Below are positions 1-10,856 of a stretch of DNA of 64,000 bases, in pieces. The notes beneath the pieces are model-generated. The model did no database searches. It was not told the DNA's origin and was given only the letters and a program-made list of their open reading frames with translations. Both the position numbers and the translations under genes were made by a program. The stretch lies in the NCBI GenBank assembly GCA_008632985.1, contig QPGO01000006.1, positions 248,001-312,000 of the forward strand, given 5' to 3'. Numbering within the stretch: the first letter of the stretch is position 1; each line of letters starts with the position of its first letter. The DNA is from Psammoneis japonica. Its lineage: Eukaryota.

Positions 1-741
1 ACGAGGAACAGAGGATGGCACAGGAACTGTCCATGTCCATGTCTTGAGCCTGTGTGAGATCTCCGAGGCTCAGTCGATGTGTGCAGGGGGGTGGAAGATG
101 AGGATTGCAGCGGTCGGTGGCTGCTTAGATGATGAAGAAAAGGGCGAACAAACTTGTCGTGCAGTGACATAATCAGAATGTAGGCTTTTTAGCCAGCATC
201 TTTATCTTTTTCTCCTCTTCATCTGCCGTTTGTGTCGTCATTTTCCTCCACCAATTGTGCACTGGATCAAAAGATCTATTCGCGACACTCTACCCTCCAG
301 TCCTGGGGGTTGCGAGAATTGTGCCATGACTCATGACCGCCATTCTGCATCGTGTCTCGCTCATGCGACACCTCGTAGCGGTAGTTATGGGTTGCCATTC
401 GGTCAACAACATGTGTTCGAGTAGGGCCCTAGTCAGAACCGCAGCGCCACTCGCTCTAGTAAACGACCTGTGCTATTGTGACAGAAGCACACTTATGACT
501 CATTCTAACGAGAATTTCGGCATTGTCGGAGACGGTTACCGTGCATAAAAATATGGTATGGACGAAAGGCGGACGACGATGAAGAGTTCAACTCTGTGGA
601 TTCGCATCTACAGTATCACTCAGAATCTTTTACATTCTTCTAACTTACTGTTTCGGATGCCGGCATATGGCATATGGATGTGTCTCACACAAAAGATATT
701 GCGAAAAACTGTGTGTACAGCAGATGGAATCCATGGGCGTG

Positions 742-1480
742 CTACCACTTTGTCACTCGAGTCTCTGCGGATTTGATGAGACGACACGACACGCATAGCA
801 TTCCGCATCGTGTGCCCCGCGCAGGTGAGAGACTTGGACGACGAAAAGAATGCAAATCACAATAGAATAGACCACTCGTAGTACATACCTTGTGGAAGTC
901 GATCTCGCAAATAGTACAGCTTCGCTCGCTTAATTTTCTTTTTACCTTTGTGTACAAAATTCTCCTCCAGCACCTTGAGAGACTTCAAGAGCGGCGAGTG
1001 CAGAGGTATTTTGCGTTCAATGGTTTCTCCAAACACAACGTCCCGCAGAATCACAGAAGACCCCAAGCCACGATTCACTCGTCCCAAGACAACACCACGA
1101 ATCTTTTCGATATCCTTTCCATTCACGCCGCCTGTAGCAACCATTTCAATCTCAATCGCATCACCCACCCGAAAGGGCACCTTGAGGACGGACGGATTCT
1201 TTTCTGTAGATTCGAGAACTGATTCTTGGTTGAGAGTTTCAAATAGTTTCGAAGCGCGTTTACGAGGCGACTTGAACTTGGGTGAGGGATATCGAGGGCG
1301 TTTCCCGTGATGAAAGTACGGCATGTCTCGAGGAGCGACACCGCCGGGAGGAGAAGTACTGGTTGAAGTCGTGCTACTCATACTAGCAGCCACGGTGTTC
1401 ACGGCACCGCCTGTATGACCATTCATGAGGGATCTCCATGGCCTTGTGATTGTTCCAATGGACAAGGTGGGACGCAACAT
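742..1480 (-). CDS. MRPL19: Organellar (probably mitochondrial) ribosomal protein bL19; 2 exons (1480-889, 764-742)
   Basis: FRVGDAIEI...RGVVLGRVNRGLGSSVILR...ERKIPLHSP...KRAKLYYLRD is the bL19 signature, preceded by a Ser/Thr/Arg-rich presequence. A GT..AG intron at 765-888 joins to the last exon ETRVTKW*. Confidence 0.85.
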
Positions 1481-1585
1481 GTCTACGATTCAGTTCTAAG
1501 GACTCCCTCTCACCCACTCTCTACCACAGTACGCTACGCGTGTCGCGATTGTTTTTGCGATGCGTGATGTATAGGGCCCTAGGTA

Positions 1586-4500
1586 TCTGCGTCGTGCGTG
1601 CTTCCTCGTCGTCTGACCCGTGGCCACCACGCACCGCTGACGTGACAGAGCATCATTTTTCAAAGCGCACTGTGAGAACAATTTTTCATGCAGAATTGCC
1701 AAGAAGATGGATGGGGAGGATGGAGGTCGCTGCTGTTTTCCATCGACTCAAAACTCCTGATCACTGCCTCCTTCTGTGAGCAGAAACTCTGTGCAAAACA
1801 CCAAAGCAATCAATGAAATGGAACAAGAAGGGGAGCTGATGGATCCTTTGAAGACACAAAAGCTGTCTGGAGGTGTTTGTCCTCAGTTGTTCAAGAAGAC
1901 AGATGAGCTTGTTTTTGTTGGATGGAGGAGCTGCACTGTCCAAACAACCACAAAAAACTCACACCCTCCAAAGCTGTCATGGGCAGCTTTTTAAATGTGC
2001 AGAAACACTGGCACCAGAGAGACAATGCGCGGCTTGACTTTGACACCAGCAACTTGAAATCAAGGGCAGGGTGCAGAAGCCAGCTCTTGTTGCTTTTGTC
2101 AAATTCACTCCAGAGAACCTTCTTGTTCAGCAGACAGCAGAGCGTGCAAGACAACATCACTTTGGGGGTGTGGGTCCTTGACAAATCAAGCTTGGCGATG
2201 AGGCGAGAGGCACTTGAAGGGTGAAGAGCTTGTCGTCAACCACAAAGCACGTCATTTGTCTGATCCCTGGCATTGTTGAAGAAGTTGTTGACCCAGATTC
2301 CCAAAATTTGCGCACACAATCACTGGAGTTTGTGGAGTGGAGAAAGAGGCATGCCCACACTCTGTCTTTGCAGCGGAGCCAACAATGCAGACAGCCTGCT
2401 CCTTGTCCTGCACACCAAGCGATGTGCAGCAAGAACAGGGTGTCTCCAAAAATGTGGTGATTCGCTGGTGCTTGACAATGCCTCAACTCATCTCCATTGA
2501 GAATCAAAATCTCTTGATGACTGGCTTTTTGATGAACTTGGCATTTTGCCTCATGGAGATGTGGCACGCACTGGCACAGCAGCTCAAGAGCTGGGGCCTT
2601 CATGGCTCACATTCAGTGTGGGGAGTGCACTGGCAAAACATGCTGCTGTGCAGCACTCATGGGCTCACTTGCCCACATGATCATGTTGCCATGCTGCATG
2701 TGTGCTCCACATTGCTGAGTCAGCCAAAGTGGGCGCTGGCGCTGGCAACAACAGACTCCAATTTTTGACATTGGTCAACTGGAGTGCAAGAAAACATCTG
2801 TCTGCTGGAGCTGCTGGTTTTTGCAAACAACCTTGTTGCCCAGGTGGTGGCAGCAGCAGCTGAAACACTGTGTGGTCTTTGGCAAATGCGGCAACAGCTG
2901 GGCTTCTGATGGAACAGTGTGCTGCATCACTGATGCTGATCCATTTCAAGGAACCAAAGTTCCACTCATGACTTGGCCTCACACCATCTGCCAAAGAACA
3001 CTCAACCTCATTGGAAGCTGGCTCAACACCCAAAAGCAAAAGAGTGATGAGAGCAGCCATGACATTGAGGCCCAAAGGTGCACCTGCTGATGCTTGGCAT
3101 GTTTCCAGAGAGCTTGTTTCAGCCACACACACGCAACAGCATGAGCAGCAGTCTTGGGAGCCACAAGCTTCCCCAGTGCCAATTGACTGCCAGTTGTTGA
3201 TGGATGACAAAGTTTGCTCTGACTTGCAGCTCTGGTGTCAAACACATCCCATCTTGGACAGGAGTGGAGTGGAGACAAAGGCTCCAGGTCACAAACAAAA
3301 AACAAAGCCAGCACAGCTGAAAAAGCCATTGGTTGCTTGGCTCTCAAACTGCTGGTCTGTTTTGAGTGTCATTTCACTCTGCTGTTTGCCACCAATTTCA
3401 GAGACAAAACCAGCACTTGATGTGGTTGCAGCCATCCTTTGTGCCCATGGCTTTCAACAAAGTCAATTGCACAAAGAGTTGTCCAACACATTGAAGAACA
3501 TTGTCAAGCAGAGAGCAACGTGGGGAAAAGAACCTGTTTGCAGCACAGACAAGCAAACTTCATTGACTTTGCAGGAAGCCAACAACAACTTGCACTTTGT
3601 TTTGCCAGCCCTCTCTCTTAAAACATGCACTGCAAGCTCTTTTCCATTGCAGCTTGGTCAGCCACACAAATTTGCAAAATGCCCTGGGTGTCTCTGGGCA
3701 TGGCCTTGTTGCCAAGAAAACACACCAAGAAGGGGCCGGAGTGGAAGTTGCTGACTTCCACAAAAAAAGCTTTTTTGTGTGGTGGACAACAAGTGTTGTG
3801 TGGGATTTTGCACAGATTCATTCCACATGATTCCCTGTGGACATGAGCTCAGAGCTTGCAGCCAGCATTGGCATTTGAGCAGATCAACCTGCCTCTCAAC
3901 CCACTTTGCCATGTGGCATGGTCTGGAGCTGCAGTTGCAGAGCTGAGTGGGTTGGGGGTGAAGCAGTCTGCTGGTTTTTGTGCAGCACCCATCTGCAAAT
4001 TTGTTGAGACAGTGCACAGCATGGCATTTGAAACAGTGCAAGCTGGTTGCTGAGTTGCTCAGCTGCCAGTGTGCAAACTTGGTTTTTCTTCAAAGTGGGT
4101 TTCTTGAATCAAAGTGAAATGAGTGGAGCCAATCCAGCGAATGTGGAAAGAGGAAAGATGCTTCTCAGATGCTGTCCAAGGAGGAGCCTCAACAATGGGT
4201 GTTTTTTCATCCTGCACAGGTGAGAAACTTTTGGACCAGCGCATGTTTCTGGGTCTTCTGCTGGGTCTCCAGACAATGATTTTAGGAGCAGGCACTCAGC
4301 AATGGCAGCCCCTGTCTCATTTTCAAGCAACACGTCTCTGTGGTTGTTTTCAATCAATGCCCCTTAGACAGCGTGGTTATCTGCTGGGCTGTTTCTCAGC
4401 TCAGACGCTCGCTGAGCTTGCCCATCATCTGTCATCATGCAGATTCTTGGCTGGCATTTGTCTCTGTTGTTTTGCAGGCTGCAGCCTTGTGCATGTCTCC

Positions 4501-5444
4501 TTCCTCCAAGCCTGCCAGTGTTTTCTAAAAGCCTTCTTGCTTTTTCCCCAAGGGTTGTTTTCCCAAACATGCTTGCCACAGCTGGGGTTGGGAGAGCAAC
4601 AAGGACTGTGTGCTTTTGAAAAAACAGCGCTCACAGTCAGGTGTCTTTCACCTGTCAATCTCCTCTTTGCAAGAAATCCAGGTGTTGCACCATGCTTTCT
4701 CTCCACCACAATTCTGCTTTTTGTTGTTGCCAAGCACCCATTTGCAGTTGGCCACTTCTCCATCCTTGTCAAATGTCAGTGCTTTTCCTGCTGCTCCCTC
4801 GCCAGCTTCTGAGCCAGACGCACATGTCCAGCCACCCTGCAAAGCTGCTGTGCCATGGGCAATCCTCTCACAGCCAAGCACGCTGTTGCAACATGAGCTC
4901 AGCAGTGGATTGTTCATCAGCAATGGAGAAACAATGGGCCAATGTTTGGCGCTGTGTGACAGTTCTGTTGGATGAGGTGTCAGCAACACTCTGCTTGCAC
5001 AGCACCAGAACACTCAAACTGCGTGGTGCCAGTGGACTGTTCTCATCCAACCCAGGCCCCAGAGCCTTGAGACTTGATCCTCTGCTGGCAATCAGTTTGT
5101 TGGACTTGACTTGCTTGTGTGACACATCTTGAAACAGCAGCAGCAAAGAAAGCTGCAGTCAATCACTGAAAGGCATTGCATTGGTTGCTTTCACTTCGAG
5201 TGTGAACAGGTCCGTCTTCTTGTGCAGACGCATCCAAGAGCATTCGATGGACACAAAAATTCACCTGGAACAGAGTCAGGACAACAAGCGTGTGCACCAC
5301 AACCCCACAAGAGGGAACGTGATCAAGCAAAAATTGCCAACATTGGCAAAGAAGAGAGAAGAAGAGAACAAAGTCAACTTGGATGAGTCTGGCTGTTGCA
5401 GATGCCGCCACAAGAATGGTGTTTTGGAAGTGGCACATGCAATC
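1586..5444. other. Hypermutated tract A: TpA-erased and CpG-depleted decayed sequence
   Basis: Manual scan finds only 6 TA dinucleotides in about 3.86 kb (1992, 3619, 4283, 4365, 4378, 4526). CG is sparse and TG/CA abundant. ORFs in all six frames are Tyr-free and Cys/His-rich. Confidence 0.92.
4251..4837 (-). pseudogene. Hypermutated internal fragment of the frustulin-PhoX gene (paralogue of about 8280-8840, intron included)
   Basis: GGWTCASGSEAGEG..DGEVANCKWVLG..NCGGEKAWCNTWISCKE matches the intact GGWIYVSNSEASKG..DGEVTDYKWLLG..NCGGGKTWYNTWISCEE. NETGAAIAECLLLKS matches NETGTAITEYLLLKP. Confidence 0.9.
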
Positions 5445-5513
5445 TATGTGGCAACTCTGTGAATTATTTACAGGAGCAGCTAATCAGTCAGCATTGATGC
5501 ACGCAGTTGCTGT

Positions 5514-6905
5514 TTATAGAGATTGGAAGAAATGTTGCCACGACGGGTCCGCCAACACCTTGGCTGCATCAACGTTGCAGAATTTGCTGCCTTGGCTAGC
5601 CTTGGCAAATTCCAACTTGTGCTGAAGACATAATCCATCATGAGATTGATCAGGAAATAAATGGCCTTCCAAGAAGAGAGATCGGTTGAGCAGTGAGGCT
5701 TCCTCCTCTACAGTCAGACAAACGAGATCGGTTGTTGCATTCAACGGTTGGTTCCGCAATCGATTCATGACAGCAAAGGATGCCTGACGTCTCGTAAGTG
5801 TTTGATTCCTTAACAAACCATGGTTGCGAGCGGCTACTGCAAGCATGTCATAGTCTAGAATCATCGACAGGTTGGGCCTTTCTTGGTGGTGATTGTTCTG
5901 CTTCTTTAGAAGTTCCTCCATGTCTGGGAAGATCTGCAAAGCAAAGTTTGTCGTCAATGGGCCCTCTTGATGCATGTTGAAGATTATAACATCATCGAAA
6001 TGTTGACCAAACAGATTCTTCAAGTACTGTGCTGGGTGTAGATCCCTGTACTCGGCATTCCATTGGTAGCTTCCAGGTATGTCATGCCTGTTGTTAGGCT
6101 CACGGAGCTGGTCGCTGAGTTCTTGATAGAAATCTGAAAATGTTTTCATGACTTCTCCACCTTCGCCAGGCCATTTGAGATATTTCGTTCTTCGAATCAA
6201 TGGCTTGTATTTCTCGTTGTGACTACTGAGTAACCAATCCCAATAACGCCGGTACACAATCACCACTTGGACTCGAAAGAGCCTGGACAAGGTATCGGAT
6301 AAAAGTTGCAAATTAGAATCTGTGGCTTTGATTCGAGCAAATGCCTCATCGGACAGAAAAACATCTCGTCTTTTTTTTGAAAGATCTTTCAAGGTCGATT
6401 CAAGCTTTTTCCAGGCTCCCGTGGCATTGCAGGGAGATGATTCGTGTTTGTCAAGGCATGTCACGAGACTGCGAGTGTCGATTGCAGCATAGACCAGCTG
6501 TTCTTCTTGGCAAAGGCATTCGCGATAGAACCTTCCAGCGTATTCGTGAGTAGTGTTTTGATGAAGAGTCTCCATGAGGGATGTCAACTCGCATTGAATT
6601 GTGGAGCTTGCCGTTTTGTGAGGCCCAATGTGCAATGTTAGCCTTGGCTTGGTGTACGAACTCGAGTACGATGTATTCTGCGCAGTGCGCAGAGCTGTCG
6701 ACCTGACACTTTTCTTCTTGATTGTCCGTGTCGCTTTATTGAAACTGTGATTCGATTTAACTTCATATTCAAAAGCTGACTTTGTAAGCTTCTTCTCTTG
6801 TTGTTTCTCGTCATGCCAAACTAGAAGTACATGGTTCCAAAGAAGAATCAATAAGAGTGCAACCGCTGCGGAAACACAACAGAGCCTAGCAAACAATTTC
6901 CTCAT
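5514..6905 (-). CDS. Type II membrane P-loop/sulfotransferase-like protein
   Basis: N-terminal TM helix, LHIGPHKTASSTIQ (5'-PSB-like loop), VFLSDEAF and VVIVYRRYWDWLLS. Long uninterrupted ORF; start taken at MRKLFARL. Confidence 0.7.
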   Translation of the reverse strand: MRKLFARLCCVSAAVALLLILLWNHVLLVWHDEKQQEKKLTKSAFEYEVKSNHSFNKATRTIKKKSVRSTALRTAQNTSYSSSYTKPRLTLHIGPHKTASSTIQCELTSLMETLHQNTTHEYAGRFYRECLCQEEQLVYAAIDTRSLVTCLDKHESSPCNATGAWKKLESTLKDLSKKRRDVFLSDEAFARIKATDSNLQLLSDTLSRLFRVQVVIVYRRYWDWLLSSHNEKYKPLIRRTKYLKWPGEGGEVMKTFSDFYQELSDQLREPNNRHDIPGSYQWNAEYRDLHPAQYLKNLFGQHFDDVIIFNMHQEGPLTTNFALQIFPDMEELLKKQNNHHQERPNLSMILDYDMLAVAARNHGLLRNQTLTRRQASFAVMNRLRNQPLNATTDLVCLTVEEEASLLNRSLFLEGHLFPDQSHDGLCLQHKLEFAKASQGSKFCNVDAAKVLADPSWQHFFQSL

Positions 6906-7199
6906 TTTCAATTCAGACTGCAATGAGTTGAGGCGGTCACCGCAAAAATTATCTGTTGTCCCTCTCAAGTTGGGAGTCGGGAGGTGCTATCGCTACATGT
7001 ATTACATACAGCTGAGCTGAAAATGATGCCGATCGATTTGTCAAAATTTCATCTCACACGCGACCCGCCCGCCCGAACGCTCACCCCGCCTGGTCAGGGG
7101 TGACTCCTCACTCATCCTCTGTATCCGGTGGTGCTATCCCTCTATCGGTACATTAGATAAAGATATAAGGGCCCTACAGTACATATTGCGATAAGTCGG

Positions 7200-7290
7200 G
7201 CCCTACTACATGCTACCGTGTAGTCTCTATCTCTCTAGCTAAGCCCTACACTACATACTACCGTGTAGTCTCTATCTCTAGTAGCTAAGC
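7200..7290 (+). repeat. Short tandem duplication (about 45 bp x2)
   Basis: CCCTAC..TACATRCTACCGTGTAGTCTCTATCTCT..TAGCTAAG occurs twice. Confidence 0.8.
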
Positions 7291-7773
7291 TCTAGAGCTA
7301 CAGTCGTGCTCTGGGAGTAGAGGTGAGAGGGTTGTATGAGGATACTCCATTGTCTTTCGTGCAACACTGTACAATATGCAGCATCATGGAATTTGAAACA
7401 GTACGAATTAATCGCCGAGTTATTCAGCTACCAGCATGTTGACTTGACCTTTCTTCATGTTAGATTTCTTGCGTCAAAGCTGGTGACGTGACACCTCTGT
7501 CTCTCTCTCTCCAGGGCATGTGATTTTTCTAGGTGTTGCGGAAACAAGTGGAACCAATCCATTGCATTGACAACGGTGGCTTGATTCATCTAGCTCATTC
7601 GCTCGAAGGACAGGTCATTGTTAAGTTTGAGTTTCTCTATAACGAATGCTGAAAATCTACAATCTGAAAGTTGTCAGAAGGGCATGCTCTCTTGTGAGCA
7701 TAATGTGCCGCGTAAGGTACCTGACGAGTGCTCGGGCGCTGCCCTTCGTCATCGCGGCCTGGCATTATCAGCT

Positions 7774-10700
7774 TCATTGTTTGGCAAATGGCTTGTCTGT
7801 GTGATACTTGATATCCAGTCTCTGGCCACCAAACGGGTGTCCGTCTTTTCTTGTGATTTCGAATATTAGACCCGGGGCTTGAAACGACAGGTACATTCGC
7901 ATATTATCCGGTGAAAAGGCTAAACCTGATGTCTCATCCTCCAAAGCTCCAGACGACTCGAGGACCGTGTAGTAGTTGCCCTGCTTATCACGGCCGTGAA
8001 CACCACATATCTTTCCACCTTCTTCACAAAAGTACAAGATGTCGTGTGCGTCTCCATCTCCCAGGATTCTAGCGACCTGATCAGGCCCATTATCAAACGC
8101 ACCAGATCGCGTCGAGCTCCTTCTATAGGTTTGCTTGTCAAGGTCGAGAATAAACAAGTGCCGTCTCTTTTTACAAGTGAAGTATAACATACCGTCACGC
8201 ATATCGATGCCTTCACAATGGTTGTAATTGGCACTAGCATTCTCCCTGGCAACATTGATCCTGTCTGTCCACGAAAAGGTTCCTTCCGTTGGGTCCCTAG
8301 ACGATGGTTTGAGGAGCAGGTACTCGGTAATGGCAGTCCCTGTCTCGTTTTTGTGCAACAAGTCTCTGTAGTCGTTTTTAACCAATGCTTCTCGGACGGC
8401 GCGGTTGTCTGGACTGTATCTCAGCACAGGTCCATCGAATTTATCTGTCGTCACAAAGATTTTTGGTTGGCGTTTATTCCTATTGTCGTAGGCTGCAGCC
8501 TCGTACATATCACCTTCCTCTAAGCCAATCAGTGTTTTCCGAGCCTTGTTTTTGTCCCAAGGGTCGACTTCCCAAATGTGCCCACCTGTAGTTGGGGTTG
8601 AGAGGATAATGAGGACATGGTGCTTCTGAAACAATACTAACAGCTAGGGCTCTTTCACTTACCTTCGACCTCTTCACAAGAAATCCAGGTGTTGTACCAC
8701 GTTTTCCCTCCTCCGCAATTCCGCTTTGTGTCGCCAAGTAGCCATTTGTAATCGGTCACTTCTCCATCCTTGTTGAATACCAACGCTCCTACACCACCTC
8801 CTTTGCTAGCTTCTGAATTCGATACGTATATCCATCCACCGGTCTTCTCATCCTTGAAGATTGCGGCGCCATCCGGATCCTCGTGCATTTTTCGTTTTGA
8901 TAAAGTACCGTCAGCTAAGCGTACAGGTTTCTTCCATTGCGCAAGCACGCGAGATTGCAGTCCGGTTGAAAGCAACAAACCATTTTCTACCTGCGTTGCA
9001 TCACCAGGAACATAGGTAACCTTGCTACAATAGCTCTTTCCGATAGAATCACCTGACCCACCGGGTTCACACCCTGGAATGGGGGATTGTCTGGAATTTC
9101 GTGGTACACACACGGTTCCACGTCTACAATTTCTGCTGTTGTTCTTACAGTCACCCTGACAAGCGTCGCAGGGAGAAGACCGACTGCAACTCTTTAATAC
9201 CAAAACATTTTCCTTTGGAGGTGCTAGGAATGGCCTGTAGCAGTAATTCTTTTTCAGTATCCCTTTGCCTTCGCAACCTAACACTTGATTTCCGGTTCGT
9301 TGCATGCATAGAAGCCCAGGCTGGCAGTCGTTTTGGGACTCACACTCTCCTTCACACATGCCCAAAGGAAACGCTGATCGTGGTTGATGATTCATTGCTT
9401 TGAGCACATGCGTACCTTGTGGAGGCTCGTAACAGTATCCAACTCCTGGAATTCCAGCACCTTTGCAATTTGGAACTGGCTCGGTCCCCTTTCGACGATA
9501 ACATGACAGACCTAAATCGCAATCTGCGTCCGTGCTGCACTCGCCACGACATGCGGCGAGCGGAAACGATGAACTAGACTGTTGTCCACCTATCTTTGAG
9601 ACGAGAACTCCCGCGGGAGGTTTGTAACAGTACTGTACACCCTTCTTTCCCAGCGTTTTACACCCGGGCACGCGCTCCAGGCCTCGACGCTTGTAGCACG
9701 AGAGGCCGATGCGGCAATCCTTGTCTGATGAACATGGGCCTCTACAAATAGGAAATGGAGCAGTGCCAACTTCTGCTAGCTCGTCGAATTTTGGATTTGT
9801 AGTCTCGACGGGAGTAACGGGCAAGGCCTTTTTAGGGTAGCAATATTTTCGTCCTGCGACACCGCGACCCTTGCAGAAGGGATCATCCTTTCGACCTTTC
9901 TTTGTGAGGCACGACAATCCCTTCAAACAATCCTCATCCGAGACACATTCACCGTGGCATAGTCTCAAATTGCCTTTCTTTCCCCCGGGTGGCGACGTAA
10001 TTACAAAATGTCCAGATGGAGGCACATAACAGTAGTCTTTCCCGTGTACGCCTCTCCCGGAACATCCCGGTAGTTTCTCGGTTCCGACGAGGCGTTCTGA
10101 ACAGGCCAAACCCAAATCGCAGTGACGATCGGATGTGCAGTCTCCTTGACAGTTTGTTAAAAGAGTCTTTCCGCTTCGGATAACTGAAACAAGTTCAGCG
10201 GGTGGTGGAACGTGGCAGTAGCTTTCGTCACTGATTCCTTCACCAGAACAACCGGGTATTTCTGCCTTTTTCTTGCGGTGGTAGCACACCAGCCCTGAAG
10301 CACAATCTAAGCTACTTGTGCACGATCCTTCACACTTTCCCAGGGGATAAGCTGCTTTGGGGCTTCCTTTCACTCCTTTTACAACAAGTTGTCCAGGCTT
10401 TGGGAGCGTACAATAGTCATCGCCTGGTATTCCCCGGCCTTTACAGTGCGGAACAGCTTCTGTTGCATTCCTTTGATAACAAACTAGCCCTAGCTGACAC
10501 TGCTTGTCCCCATCGCAATCGCCGCTGCATAGCTCGAGAGGAAAGACAGACATTGGCTCACCGCCGTTTCCAGCATCAATCAGTTGTCCATCAAAATGTT
10601 TTGGCTTCTTCTGCGGCCGTGGTTCTGAACAGTAGGTTTCACCTACATCGATTTTTCCCTTTTGACAATTTGTGACCTCTCCTCTGGTTCGCTTGTAACA

Positions 10701-10856
10701 AGAAAAGCCTATTTGACAGTCATCGAAGCGTTTGCATCCCGTCTCACACCGCCCGAGAAGACGAGAAGGCCCGTCGACATCACCGCGACCAAGAGTCAAT
10801 ATTTGTGTTGCACATAAAAGAGCGAGGGTAATATTGAGCCGTCGGGGAGGCGTCAT
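7774..10856 (-). CDS. Secreted protein with 9 frustulin-like Cys-rich repeats fused to a PhoX-family (DUF839) alkaline phosphatase; intron 8586-8662
   Basis: Signal peptide followed by CxGxC..C..GL.C..R.....PGC.G.G..G..YC repeats. PhoX motifs: PDGAA, YVSNSE, NCGGGKTWYNTWISCEE, EGID, PDQV, ETSGLAFSPD. A phase-1 GT..AG intron joins the two ORFs in frame. Confidence 0.85.

Noticed and set aside
1776..4250. ORFs in tract A (e.g. 3011-3754) as CDS
   Set aside because: Same artefact. The ancestral identity cannot be recognised by eye.
1586..5444. Classical fungal RIP or plain CpG decay as the full explanation
   Set aside because: RIP increases TpA, and 5mC deamination does not remove it. Here TpA is the most depleted dinucleotide.
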